This document shows positions 1-24,742 of a stretch of 64,000 nucleotides of DNA, piece after piece. The stretch lies in the NCBI GenBank assembly GCA_963693365.1, contig CAVNZM010000009.1, positions 5,834,245 to 5,898,244 of the forward strand. The letters are read 5' to 3'. Position 1 is the stretch's first letter. Every line of letters starts with the position of its first letter. The position numbers and the translations under genes are program-made. This DNA is from Amoebidium appalachense (taxonomy: Eukaryota > Protista > Ichthyosporea). Under the pieces are notes generated by a model. That model was not told the DNA's origin. It searched no databases and worked only from the letters and a program-made list of their open reading frames with translations.

Positions 1-1098
1 CCATTGCCACGTGCAGTTGTTCAAGGAACAAAACTTTGCACAAGCACACAAACCAAATATTGGGGGCCACCCAAAGAAACAGGCAAACGGCATTTCCGGC
101 ATACCTGGAACTTGGGTATGAATTTGTTTGTGGGATACTAATGCCGAGGGGGCTCGACTAGAGCAGCAGCAATCGACGTCTGGTATGTGCACGAACAAGA
201 CGTGATTACGTGGGGCTGGGGCGGGGCGGGGCCGGGCCGGGCGGGGCCGGGGGGGGGGACTTGGCTTCAAGTTTTTTTTTTCTTCCTTTACCACTTCTAC
301 ATTTGTAAGCAACTAATTAAAGTAAATAGATTTGGGCAGTACCTAATATGGTATTTTAACAAATAGCCGGCACATGGCTCCTTTTTATTTATCAATGACA
401 TGTAATGTTATCGAACCGATGACCATGTCTACACCTGATCATGCAAATTATAATCCAAGTTCTCCCCTCTCCCCCCTCCCCTCCTCCCCCCAGCCCCCTC
501 CTTCCTTCCCCCCCCCCCCCCCCCCCCCCTCCCCAGTCCCCACCCCCTCCCCCCCTCCACCCCACGTACACACACACACGCACACACACACACACATACC
601 GTCATCATCACCACAGGGCCTGACCACTGTGACACAACCCCTGAGAAACAATGAACATCAATAGCAGTGAATAAGCTTAGGTTCTGTTTCCAGGTGCAAT
701 CCCCCCCCCCCCCCCCCCCCCCCCGGGGCCCACTCCACCTCCCCTTCCTCCCCCCCCCCCAAAAAAAATCAACACAGTGATTATTAAAAGGTTGCTGTGG
801 CACTGCACGGATGCAACTTCAAAACCCGTTTCTGTCCCGTTCCCCTTCATCCCTCTGGCATGGTGTACACATGGCTGCCGTTTCGTTTGGTCCCCCCCCC
901 CCTACCCCCTCTCCCCTGAGCTCCCCTCTTCCCCCCCCCCCCCCCCCCCCCCAACACTGTGACACACACACACACACACACACATACATGCACACATTTG
1001 GGGCCTCCTCCTGAATCTCCCTTCCATCTGACACCTGGGTAGATTTAGGCTTGTTCATGAAAAAACAGTGTATTGTGAAGTGAAGGTGGGGGAGGGAA

Positions 1099-1154
<56 letters not shown>

Positions 1155-1992
1155 ACGGGCGCACACACACACATGCACCCGCGTGTGCGTGTGTGTGTGC
1201 GTATGCGGGCGTGTGTACGTGTGTGTGCTTTCGTGTGTCACGGTGAGTGACACTGTGTGTGTCTGTGTGTTGTCACAATGTGTGTGAACAACATTGTTTT
1301 GGCATGGTCGAAGGCTCCCACGTAACTTATACAGTTCCACCGTACTTACTATGGACAGCACCCTATGGCTACCTACGCCACACGATCCAGACATGTGCAC
1401 ATCCCGTATTGCCGTAACCAGGTAGGGATGCGTGCTTTTTCTGTCACTCCATGCATGGGTTCCGAAAGTTTGTTCAACGGCGCCTTTTTTTGTTGTTGTT
1501 TTTATTTTTCAGCTGCAGTTCTGGATGGCATAATAACGAAACGTAACAATACAAATACGGCTGGGAAGGGTTTGTGCAAAGCCACCAATGTGACTGAGCA
1601 CAGCCTGCCAAATGGGTGCCACCCAAGGAAACAACCATAACCTCTTTCGAGCAAATCATCTGACTGAGACGCTGTGAGATTTTGATTGTGGAACAAAATT
1701 TTATTCAAGGAGGGCCAAAAGGCACAGAGAGGAAAAGGGAAGGAGGGAGTGATGGAGGGTGGGGGGGGAGGGGGGATTACAAGACATTATTTTGCTTGCA
1801 AAGTTGTGACTGCTATTATGTTCTTCTTATTTTTTATTTTTTCTTTTTGAAGTTCTTTTTCTATCCCTCAAGGCTCACGTCTTGTTCACCAATTGCTGTT
1901 CGCATATATTGAGTTAACATTATTGATACGTCTGCTCACCGTTGGTGATTCCGTACACGATGCATTGAACAAAATCCACAGAAACCTGATAG

Positions 1993-2031
<39 letters not shown>

Positions 2032-2063
2032 ACCGCTCCTTCTTCCTCCCCTTCTCGTCTCCC

Positions 2064-2412
2064 CAGAATTACTCTGCTTTTAGCAGCATTATTCCGCAAA
2101 CAGCAGAATCACTCTGCTTTCGACGGTAGAACAATTCTGCTTTTAACAGAATAATTCTGCTTTTAGAAGATTGATTCTGCTTTGGCGGAATAATTCTGCT
2201 AAGAACAGGTTGAATCTGCTTTTGCAGAATAATTCTACTTTTGCAGGATAAATCCGATCCTGCAGAACAATTCCGCTTCTGCAGGGTAATTCCGCTTCTG
2301 CAGAACAATTCTGCTTTTTGCAGAATATATCCGTTTCTGCAGAATAAATTCGCTTCTGCAGAATAATTCCGCTTCTGCAGAATAATTCTGCTTTTTGCAA
2401 GTTGACTCTGCG
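2064..2412. repeat. Degenerate 19-20 bp minisatellite of palindromic units (consensus GCAGAATAATTC(T/C)GCTT(T/C)T), about 17-18 units
   Basis: Direct reading, e.g. gcagaataattccgcttct gcagaataattctgctttt at 2338-2397. The core GCAGAAT-A-ATTCTGC is an interrupted palindrome. Confidence 0.9.
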
Positions 2413-2785
2413 GATGTGGTTGGGTTCTTGCATATCTTGATGATTACACTTTGGGCTGTCTCGAGCAAGGGTTTGGTTCATAAGCGAATAGGCAGCAATC
2501 ACCTGGTATCGCAAGAAATACAACAAACCAAACAAGTGACTTACTCTGATGAAGGGTGCAATGTGAACTTAGCTGTAAGGCCTCGTTCGGGCGTTATTTA
2601 TAGTCGTGTGTGAAGCACGTGTCAGGTCCTGCCTGACGTCAGGTGTTTGGTGTGAATGTACATGGGTGTACATGGTGTGTGAGAAATGACACGAAAAGGT
2701 GTCACTGTTGATGTCTTCATCACATTACGACAGTATAGCACTTTCTGTGGATGCGTGCATGTGTTAATTTATCATCCCTTTGTCT

Positions 2786-3154
2786 TCAGCTGCAGCTCTG
2801 GCAGGCACATGCATGGATTGAGAGCGAGCCAAACAGATTCCTGCCATGTGCAGACATGTTCATCAAGAAGACTGTGCTGTGGGGATTATTCTTCCGCCAA
2901 ATATTTTTTCTGCTTCAATTCCCTTCAAACATTTCAACTTTTTCTTTGTCGAAGACTTCTTTTTGTTTCCTCTCTTTCCCTCTATTTTTGGGAGATTGAG
3001 GGGACTGGACGGAGTGCTACACAGATCGGGTGACGCCACATATATGGTATGGGAGGAAGAATGGGTGAACGGGTAAATGCAGAAGAAGGAAACAAGACAT
3101 CGGACTGCCGGTGGGAGAAACCTGGTGTGTGTGTACGTGTGCGGTTTTTTTTTT

Positions 3155-3200
<46 letters not shown>

Positions 3201-3290
3201 GGGGGGGGGGGGGGGGGGGAGGGGGGCTTGACGGGTTTGGTGGAGTTTCTAATTAAGTGTGGGGAGAAATAGTGGTGGTGGTGGTGGTGG

Positions 3291-3328
<38 letters not shown>

Positions 3329-3409
3329 CTGGCTTTTTTGGACGGGTCGTTGGAGTTTAGGTGGAGGTATGTGGGGAGAGACTTCGGTGGTGGTGGTTTT
3401 TTTCTTCCT

Positions 3410-3472
<63 letters not shown>

Positions 3473-4552
3473 GGGGGGAGGGGGGGGAGGGGGGGGGGGG
3501 GGGGGGGGAGGGAGGGAGGGAGGGATTTATGATTAAGATGCAATGGCATGTATACAGCTCCTAGATGGGTTTGTGGGTGGTAGGCGGTAAAGATGGGTGG
3601 TGTGCCAGTGTTGGTTTTGAGGGTGTGTTGAGAGAGCTTGTAGGACCTATGTAGTTGTGTTCTGTTCTTACTCACATATTATTGCCATATATGGTCTTGT
3701 TTCCTTTTTAAGTCGAGGTGTTTCGATGGGTGCCGGTGTGAGCGCTATTTGGGCTTGCGATGGGTGGATGGTGGAGAGAAACTATTCCGATCGACATTGG
3801 GGTAGAGTTTGGTTTACTTTTTTCTTCTTTCCCCCCCCCCCCCCCCCCCCCCCTTTTTTTTTTTTCTTTTTCTTTTTTTCTTTTTTTTTTTTCTGGCACA
3901 GGGGGGGGGGAGGGGGGGGGGGGGGGGAGGTTACTGTAAGCACCCCAGGGCCTTTACTTTTATTTAAATGTTATGTGAATATGGTCACCTGGTGGGGGGG
4001 AGGGAGAGAGAGAGAGAAAGTGACAGAGAGCAATGGACGGAGGGAGGGAGAGAGGGGGAGAGAGAGGTGGCGGGGAGAGAGTGAGGTAGAGAGAGACAGG
4101 GACTACGGAGAGAGAAAGAGGGGAGAGACCCAAAAACGGGGGGGGGGGGGGGGGGGGGGGGGGAGGGAGGGGGGGGGAGGGGAGGGGGGGGGGGGGGGGG
4201 GGCCTTGCACTCGCATCCTTGTTGGGTTGTGGATTTTAAAAATTAAATTGTGCAGTTGGGTTGCAGTTGGTGTGCTCTTGGCTAGAGGCTACATCTGCCT
4301 GGCTGTGCATGATATGCAACCAATTGGTTTGTGTGTGGTCCCTGCTACTGCCCCTTCTTTCTTGTTGATGGTGTGTCCTGGCGACACAAATATTACGGGA
4401 TTGTTGACACCAAAGGGAGACTGAATGATGAAACGCTCACTACGGTATAAATGTATGCCATTGGGTGGTTGGCGTAACGTAAGGGTGCGTGTGTGCGCGC
4501 GTGTGTGTGTGTGTAGACGTGTGTGTGTGTGTGTGTGTGTAGACGTGTGTGT

Positions 4553-4630
<78 letters not shown>

Positions 4631-5050
4631 GTGTGTGTGGTTGTGTAGTTGTGTGTGTGTGGTTGTGTGGTTGTGTGTGCGTGTGTGTATGTGTGGTGTG
4701 TGTGTGTACATGTATGTGTGTGTGTGTCTATCGGATCTGCCATCTTCAAAGTTGCCGTGATATGACGGCATGGATATGGGACTTAAGATGTGCTGTGCCT
4801 ACAACTTCATGCATGCCACGGTGTTACCATTCTGTCGGTTTGTTTTCAGCTGCTGCTCTGGGGAGCACTATGATCTCTACTGAAAGAGAAGAGGATGCAT
4901 CCTGTCTTGCCTCGGGCAAAGTCGCCAACACGACTGTGCACCAGCAGCAAGATGGCAGGTGGGTGCCACCCAAGAAGAACCATATCACCACTGTTGGATG
5001 TTTTTGGACATGGAACAGGGCTGTGATTGTGGGACAAAAGTCAATTTAAA
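2786..5050. pseudogene. Copy A of a degenerate, block-structured duplicated sequence (inverted relative to 5590-6950)
   Basis: Colinear reverse-complement matches: 3711 agtcgaggtgtttcgatgggtgccggtgtg vs 6270-6299; 4300-4400 vs 5655-5760; 2950-3125 vs 6720-6890. Stops and frameshifts occur in all frames. Confidence 0.55.
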
Positions 5051-5144
5051 AGTTTGCCGATTATAAATGAACGTCCAAGTGTATGGACTCTCTGGCGGCG
5101 AACGAGGAAGGTGTGTTTGATTTGATCAGGAAAAGGAGGGGGCA

Positions 5145-5176
<32 letters not shown>

Positions 5177-5589
5177 AGAAAGCTACAAGTAAGCCACCGT
5201 ACTAGACCGTACTATAGTATTACCTTTCTGTGAGTTGGTAGTAAATCTTCATTTAGTTGCATGGCCCAGGTTATTTGATCGTGCTGTTGGCCTGGTGCTA
5301 ATTAGTACCTGACACCAATGTGGATACGCCCACACCGCATGGCAATTCGATAGTTGAGTGTTTGTTCTTGAGTTGCATAGAGCACAGCTCTAATATCATC
5401 CAAGCCCCCCCCCCCCCTCCCCCCCCCCCCCCCCCCCCCCCCGCTCTTTCCTCTTCTCTAGAAATAGAACACCAATCAAGATTTCAACATTTAGAAAAAC
5501 ACTTACACCCACCCACCTACACCCACACATCTGCACCCCCCCCCCCCCCCCCAACCCATCCAAGACACACCCACACACAACAACGCAAA

Positions 5590-5840
5590 AACAAGAATAA
5601 CATAAAATATAAATTGAGCTTTTCATCATTGAATTTCAGTCTCACTTTGGTTCAACAATCCCGTCATATTTGTGTCGCCAGGACACACCATCAGACAGAG
5701 GGCAGGGGCGTAGGAGGGACCATACCCACATCCTATTGGTTGCATATCATGCACAGCCAGGAAGCTGTAGCTTTCAGCAAAAAGCACACCGACCAACTCA
5801 ACTGCACAAAATCCACAACCCAACAAGGACACGAGTGTGA

Positions 5841-5882
<42 letters not shown>

Positions 5883-6119
5883 TGGGGTCTCCCTCCCCTT
5901 TCCCTCTCCAATTCTCATCTCCCCCCTCCCCCTTCCCCTCTCCTCCTCCTCTCCCCCCTCCCCCTATCCCCCCCCCCCCCCCCCCCCCCCCCCCCCGCGA
6001 ACTCCCTCCATCCTTCGCCGTGTCACTCTCTACATCCCCCTCCCCACAGTGGCTCCCCCAGGTGTCCACCTTTCATACAAAACTGAATAAAGTAAAGGGG
6101 GGCTTACAGTATTCCCCCC

Positions 6120-6150
<31 letters not shown>

Positions 6151-6573
6151 AAAAAAAAATAATAAAATAAAATAAAATAAAGTGACAAAGGGAAACCATA
6201 ATTCACCCAAACCTCGATACTAGCAATTCCTCTCCTCCATCCATCCGCCCGTCACAAGCCAATAGGGATCACACCGGCGCCCATCGAAACACCTCGACTC
6301 TCAAAGGAAATAATACCCATATATGGCAATATGTGCGTAAGAACACACTCCAACTATGGAGGTCCCACAAGTTCTTTCAACACAACTCTCCAAACCACCA
6401 CTTGAACCATCAATCTCCATCGCCTACACCAAAAAAATGGCATCTAGGAGCTGTATAAATCCCCATAGGCAACCCCCCCCTCCCCCCTCCCCCTCCCCCT
6501 CCCCCTCTGCCGCCACACACACCTCAACTCACCACCTACACCTCACCTAACCAGTCGAACCCTCCCCCCCCCC

Positions 6574-6605
<32 letters not shown>

Positions 6606-6950
6606 TTCCTCCCCCCCCCCCCCCCCCCCCCCGCTTTCTCCCAACCCACATAAACCGTCAACCCCCCCCCCCCCCCCCCACCCCCACACACACTCACACG
6701 TGTACACACACCCACCCACACCACGTCTCTCCCACCGGCAGCCTGTCTCCACCACTTGTTTCCTTATTCCACCCATTTTCTTCCTCCCAGATGACGCCAC
6801 CTCCACCCCATGTAGCAAACCCCCTCAGTCCCCCAATTTCCCCAAAACCAACGGAGGGCAAGAAAGGAAACAAAAGAAAGTCTTCGAAAAAAACCCATCT
6901 TTTTCCCAAAAGAAATTTGAAATGCAGGAAGGTAACACAGGAAGGAAGAA
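5590..6950. pseudogene. Copy B of the same degenerate duplicated sequence
   Basis: Same colinear blocks as 2786-4440 on the opposite strand, with G/C tracts separating the blocks at equivalent positions. Confidence 0.55.
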
Positions 6951-7076
6951 CTGATAGAGAGAGAAACCCCCCAGCCCCTCCTCCTCCCCCCCTCCCCCCC
7001 CCCCCCCCCCCCTCCCCCCCAAAAAAATAAAAAAAAATCAAAATACAAAAAATAAAAACAAAATGAAAAAATAATT

Positions 7077-10679
<3,603 letters not shown>

Positions 10680-12201
10680 TGCGAAAAACAACACCAACAA
10701 CAACCTGCTTGACTTCTCTTTTCCCTTTTCTTCGTTTTCCTTTCCCTTTCTTCCTCTTCGTTCAAACTCTTTTTCTTGTTTCTAAGCTGCGGCCTCGCAG
10801 GTTTACCAAAGGCTTGAACGTGTACTGGTAGCTTTTCGTTTGTTTTTTTTTCGTATACGGGTCTACGTGCGAACCAGCCCGGAATTAGTACGTAATCAGT
10901 CTAAAAAGCGACTACTCTGAGCCACCACTTGTTAAGAGTAAAAAGGCCAAATAGTGGTTCTAAATGATGTCACTGCTCTCCGAAACACCATACGCCTGAT
11001 CCACGTGCACAGTAAACTGGCAGATCACAAAACGCATTTCACACTGTGACACGTGCACACACTCAGGTGTGCACATACGTGTGCACGCTGTTCATGCAGC
11101 AGCCACATGGAGTCACACGAATGGCCCCGTTGTGGAAAAAGGCCGAGTTGGCCGGGGGGCCCCCTACGTAACCACAGCCAAAGTTGAGGCGTTTCTGGTT
11201 ACATTGGCCATGCATGCATATACGTGTAGTTGTAGCTCGAAATCTTGATGCCAATCACGAGGTAGCCATGATGAGACGGCATCTAATATTAGTGACATTC
11301 TTATGCACGTTGTGAACGTGGCACGCCATATGTACACGAATTCATTCCGAGGCGAAAACAAGTGCACCAGGATACACCATTATTGTGAGGTATACGCATA
11401 CTTGCACGCCTAATATTAGTCACAACATGAGATGGTGACATAATATGCTCAGCCAAATCTATAAGCACATATATTAGCGTATCACGGACAAAATATGTAT
11501 TTCTCGGCAAAAGTTCTCATAAATCCAACTCCTTCTCCTTTATTTCGGATATTCCCCCATGTAGCTATGATATACCATCTCCCAAAAGCCTCCCAATAGC
11601 CTTTTAGGCAAATTTGTGTAAATATGTAAATCGCCACAGGCTTGCCCCCATCCTCTCTCAAAAACACGCAAAAACACAACTGCGACAAGATCAACTTTAA
11701 AAGAACCATGGGAATACAAGGTAAAAAAGAAAACCCCTATAGAAATTGTCCAGTCAGTCATCTAAAAGCCAAACACTGTCTTTCACACCACACTATGTAC
11801 ATCTCACTCCATACCCACAACTTTGTCTGGGTACTGGTGTCATGCGCGTAACATATGCATTCACTCTTCCATTCAACACATCTTTGTTTCGAATTTCGTA
11901 AAACGAAAAAAAAGCCGTCTAGACCTGCCCAGCTACCCCCATTCAGATAAGACAAACAACCATGTCAAGGGATGGCAAAAAAAACAAAAAAAAAAACATC
12001 CCCCCCCCCCCACACCCCCACCCACCACTACCAAAAGGGAAAAAAAAAAAAAAAAAAAAAAAAAAGAAAAGAAAAAAGAAAAAAAGAAAAATCAGGGCCA
12101 CACATCAGTGATGCAGTAGAAACCAGGATTGTTGCAAAACGTGGAGTCGGTTTTCATTCATAATGGTATCCTTTCTAATACCAACCGTTTTCACTGTCAC
12201 A

Positions 12202-12247
<46 letters not shown>

Positions 12248-12577
12248 GCCTTGGGGTTCAAAAACACAGGTATAAACCATCCTGACAGTCAGTCACTCAC
12301 CCACCCACCCAACCACTCACACACATACACGCACGAACACACACGCATACATATTAACACCCACACCAAAAAAAAAAAAAAAAAAAAGACAAAAAAAAGA
12401 GAGAAAAAAGAAAAAGAAAAAGAATGAAAGAAAGAAAGAATGAAAGAAAGAAAAGATTCAATGAAAGAAAGCCTTGCTCCGAACACACGCACAGACACGC
12501 ATTCGTATACTCCCCAAAATTGACCTGCCAGTTATCAGGATGCCTTAGGGGAGGGAAACAATATTTAAAACAAATTT

Positions 12578-12608
<31 letters not shown>

Positions 12609-12713
12609 GGGGGAGGGAGGGAGGGAGGTAGAAATCATCTACAGCCACCCCCCCCCCCCCCCCCCCCCGCCCCCTCTTCTCTCTTCAAACCACAAAAAAG
12701 AACTTTGACCCCT

Positions 12714-13887
12714 TCACCACCTGCAGTAAGTCATCTCCCCACCCCTCATCCCCACACACCACACCCACCCCTCTCTCAGATGTCCCAGGTTCACGCGCGC
12801 GGCACGTGCCCCCTCCGCAATCGCCACGGCAATCCGTTTTTCGGTCTCGTTTTTCCCGTTTTCCGCCTCCTCCCTGCATTCCTCCCGCAGGTCTTCCAGC
12901 GCCTTCTCGAAGTACTTTTGCACCGTATCCATAGCAACGGCGTCGTCACGTGTTTTCACATCCCCAGCCCTCTGCAACAGAGCCTGCTTTGCCTGCTTGT
13001 TGACCTTGAGTGCAAGAAGTGAATCGGTGGAGTGGAGCTGGCGAGAAACCGGGTTTTTCGGCCTTTTCACGAACAACTCATCCCATTCTCCCTTTGGCGT
13101 GGCGTGCACGAGGTAGCTCTGAACGCAAAATAGGACACGGGATATAAACTGAAACTCAATGGGAGCGATGGTATTTCCTTGGCAGTTGTAGAACAAACGA
13201 TAGAGAACCGGAAAATCGATACCTTCCGCCAACCTCGGCTTTTCCCCGTACATTTCAATGAGCTTTTCGTGTTGAAGCGCGCGCGTGCCAAACTGCGGGT
13301 GAACTGCCTTGCCGGGAGTACTGTGCGCAGAATTCGTTTCTTCCGTAAATTTGCTCTCGATTTCCCCTAATCCCTTAACTACACGTCGGAGAGCATGTCG
13401 CTGCAAGGGTGTGGGGCTGGCTGTGGAGGGTGTCGAGTTTGAATTCTCCGTTTTCCCCGTGTTTTTGTTTTTTTCTGGATTCTTCTTCTCTGCGTTCAGA
13501 ACACGGTTTGATCGGATTTTTGGACGGGAGGAAGGCAAGGCCGTACGGGTTGTTGCTACCTCGCGTGGACGGAAAGAGGGCGGAGTGGGCTGTGAATGGG
13601 TGGATGGGTGAGTACAAAAAAGAAACTGGGGACAGAAAACGTAAAAAGGAAAGGGCAGAGGCAGAGACAGAGACAGGGAGGGGGGGGATAAGAAGGGGAG
13701 GTGCTACCTTGTGGGGAGGGCCGGGATGGGCAGAGGGAAGATAAACAGCGGGAGGTAGGGGCGGGGGGGAAGGAGGGGGGAGGGGGAGCCAGAGGGAGGG
13801 GAAGGTAAAGGAGCCTAAACTGAGGGTCCCCCCACACTTTTCCAAACTTGAAAAAAGAGAATACTAAGGCATCTCTCCCCCCCTTGC

Positions 13888-13922
<35 letters not shown>

Positions 13923-14014
13923 TCCCCTCTCGAGCGCCGGCCCAAAATCCACACACAAACACACAAACGCTCACCCACCCACCCAAACCTTCCCCCCCCC
14001 CCCCCCCTTCCCCC

Positions 14015-14045
<31 letters not shown>

Positions 14046-15333
14046 AACAAATGAAAAAAACCGACCACTTGCGTAGAAGTGAAGAGGCAAACACGTGTGC
14101 GTTTGGGTACAAGTGCACGCAAATCATTTCCTATTGATAAGCAAAATTCATAACCAAGCACAAAGACCTTTGGAATCGTGTGCCTGGGTTTCTAGTATTT
14201 AATGGGTCAGAGAGTGAATGAGACATAAATAGCGCCTGCACGTGCGTACGCGCACAAGCATATGCACACAGGGCTTAACCATTATAATCACGTATTTGTG
14301 TATAATACAACGGTTCGCTTCCAACCATGTGGAGTCACCCTCAAGCTGTAGGAAAGGGGATAAGAAAGGTGTGAGGAGAGGGGGGTGAGAGAAGGAGAGT
14401 GAGAGAGAGGGTGAGAGAGGAGGAGGAGAGGGAGACGCCTCGAGAAGAGAAGGGACGGGGTGTGGGGGGTCTATTCACCTGTCTTGCATCTACCGTCGGA
14501 AACTGTGGCACTCTTTGCATGGGCACATGTTTCTTCTGTGCACCATTTATCTCCCGCCCACCAGTTCTCTCCTCCATCCTCCTCTTTTGCCCCCTCTCAC
14601 TTAACGATTCCCTCCGCACAGCTTCCTCTCCTACATCTGCTCTGCTCCTTCTTCCATCCAGCCCATCCCTGTTCTCCCTTTCTTCCTCCCTGCCCCTCTC
14701 CGAACCTCCTCGATCGTTCTCGTCTCCCCTTGCCTCAATATTTTCCTCGCTTGCGTTCGACCCCATGGAGCGTGCGGGTTGAAAAGTGTGACACAAAGTC
14801 ATGTGTGCGAGAGCGCCCACCTCTCCCTCACCCGCACCTGCATGTCCCTCTCCCTCCACCCCGTCACGCATGTCTTGGCTTTGTGCAGCCTCAGACTTGA
14901 TGCCCACCCTCTCTCCCTGACGCCCACTCAAATTTTGGCAATCACCACACAGCTCATCCTCCCCTTGTTCGAAAATCCCCCTCTCTTCCGCCTCCGTCCC
15001 TCTCGCGCGTCTCTCTCTTGGTAGAAGCTTCCTCTTGCGCCCTCCCAATTTTTTTTCCTTTTTCTCCAAAGCCAACAGCCTGCTCTCAAACTCTCTCTCC
15101 CTTGCGCTCAATTCATCTCGCCTCACTTCCAGCTCCTTCGTTTCTCGTTCATGCTCCTTCTCTCTCAAATCCAACTCTCTCCCCCTCCTCTCCACCTGCG
15201 CCTCTCGCTCCTTCATCCTCACCAGGACTTCTTCCTCAATACCCCTCAGCTTTTCCTTCACGTCATCTTTCAGGTACGCCACTAGGGCATCCACCACTCT
15301 CGCACTAACGCCAAACCCACCCTCACCTTCCAT
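12714..15333 (-). CDS. Unidentified coiled-coil protein, paralog 2 (exons approx. 15333-14479 and 13558-~12765; 3' end unresolved)
   Basis: Open MEGEG-initiated exon with donor cag|gtgaat splices in phase 0 to the long ORF containing LFYNCQG...YLVHATPK...AMDTVQKYFEKALEDLREE. Clear protein similarity to paralog 1. Confidence 0.65.
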
Positions 15334-17235
15334 GGTCGAAGAAATAACCCCACCCCAAACCAGTTCTTTAACTGGGAATAATCGTGTGTGTCAAGATCAT
15401 CTTGCTTCATAACGTGCACATGCAGGCTCGGAACATTCAAGTTGCTTACACGGAAATCGAAAACGTCAGCATGACTCAACAAAAACTTCTCCGAGCTCAA
15501 CTAGTCTTACAAATGTTCTTGCCATCATATTCCGTGTAGCAAAAGCAAGCTGTGCCCAGCATTTGCATGTGCACACATGAGCCGATTACATCACTAGCCT
15601 AAACAATGTAGACTTTGAGCCACCGTCGTTGATGTCTTGTGGGAAAAAATGTCTAAAGAATCTACGTCATCAAGCGGTCGGGTGGGACTAACATGAAGAT
15701 GTGCATGTATGAATTCCCACGTGCACCAATGTACAGCTCAGAGCGGCTTTCACGTGGCAGCTCAGGCTGGACGCATGCATACGTATTACGAAGTGTTATG
15801 TGCACCATATGCCATGTTTGGCTAGTAGATGTGCAGGTAGGTTCGTATGTAGTTGTTCTATATTAGCCACGTGAGTGTTAGATACGTGTGAACAGGCAAG
15901 CGCATTGCATAGTTAAAACGTTTGTTTTGACATTTTTTCAACGGACCGTCCGTGCGCATGCATGCGCACGTGGCCCGGGTGTGGAACTTGAGCACGTGTG
16001 CGTGCGCCACAATATATAGTTAGCTTTGCACACTGCCTAGGCGTGTGGTTGTTCCGTGTTTTCAAATAATTAGTAGAGCACAAGCATACCCGGATTCTTT
16101 GGGGTGCACGTGACTTCGTGCGCATGCACGGGTGTGTTACGTTCGAGTACCATGTCATATGAATGTGCAAATGTTAAATATGCTAGTGTGCGTGTGTGTG
16201 TCACGTGTGTGGCGTGTGCCGCGGCATGCATGTGCAATTGTGTGTGTACGTGGGTGGCCCAAGGTGGCCGGGTGAGTTGGGGGGGGAGGGAGGAACTCAG
16301 AGGAGGAATCTTGTCAAAGTTCAACGGATAGGTGCACAAAACAGAAGTCATTTTATAGTCACGAAACAACCTGAATCGCAAGAACAAGCAGGATACGTTT
16401 GTGTGACACACCTTGGACAATGGTACTTACACAAAAATCGCGCAATCGGATTTATATTTCCCACGTCTGGTGGTGCATACATCCAAACGACCCAGCGGCT
16501 GGACTTTTGCCTGGTAAAACACGTGCTACACATATAATCGGCCATGTGTTTTCTTCCTTTCCCTCGAACTTTTTCTTCGAATCCAGAAATTTCTCTAGAA
16601 CTTCGTTTCGGCCCAATTGATACGTGCTTATGTACACACACACCTCATGAACATGCCACATACATTTCGGCTTTCCCCATGTATATACCAGCCCATTTGC
16701 CTATAAGTCACAGCACACTTTTTCTGCACTTCGTTTGCATATGCATAGAATATAAACGGTACCCCGTCCCAGCTACACCCGTAGTCTCACGCGCACATGC
16801 GGTACATGCGCACACGCGCACTGCGTTAAATATATGCGCACACATCTATAAAACATCACTCACGTTACACGTCGCGCACCGGAAAGAAAGACACATACGG
16901 TTCAGCAAAACTTGGGAAAAAGGAACAAACAACAAAGTAGGTAGATAAAAGAAACTGGCAGACACGGTTCAGAGCGCACATGTACATGTACGGCAAACAA
17001 GTGTACACACACAAGAAAACCAACACTACTTGTCTCACTCAGAGGGGGGTCTGGCACACTGTACATGCAAACTGTACAACTGTCGCTCTCGCCGGGTACT
17101 TCAGATATCCCTGCACTGCCACCATCAACACCATTTAAAACCACACAAATCCCACAAAACTTCATAAACCCCCCAGCCCAAAAATTCCACATCCCCCGAC
17201 CTCACACACACACAGGTCACCCACCCACCACCCAC

Positions 17236-24485
<7,250 letters not shown>

Positions 24486-24711
24486 ACTGACAATGACGCC
24501 GGCAGCGCTGCCCACACCAAACTAAACTACGTTTACCCTTCGAGAAAAGCACACAGCAGACGTAAGGAGTTGTCCGCTGGGAATCTAGTCGCTTTTTTTT
24601 TTCGGGGCGCTAAGCAAGGAAAGGGGGGCAGCTTGGGTTCGCTTGCCAGGGAGGAACAAGAAAGTGGAGCGTGGACCGGGCATTTTATGACCACGGGGTA
24701 GATGTGGTGCG

Positions 24712-24742
24712 CCAATCACATCGCGCCAAACACTGCGCCAAT
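24712..24742. promoter_or_regulatory. Tandem CCAAT boxes upstream of DDX3
   Basis: gcgCCAATca (24712) and gcgCCAATcc (24738), about 230-260 bp upstream of the ATG, with a GGGCGG near 24871. Confidence 0.4.

Noticed and set aside
2064-2412. CRISPR-like array
   Set aside because: Units are contiguous and degenerate with no unique spacers, there are no cas genes, and the context is eukaryotic.
4395-5040. Ulp1/SENP protease relic (L.P.G..LNDE ... DCG)
   Set aside because: Needs frameshifts and no catalytic His-Trp motif was found; too weak to call.
16570-16612. Heat-shock element-like nGAAn array
   Set aside because: Imperfect spacing and not clearly tied to a transcription start.
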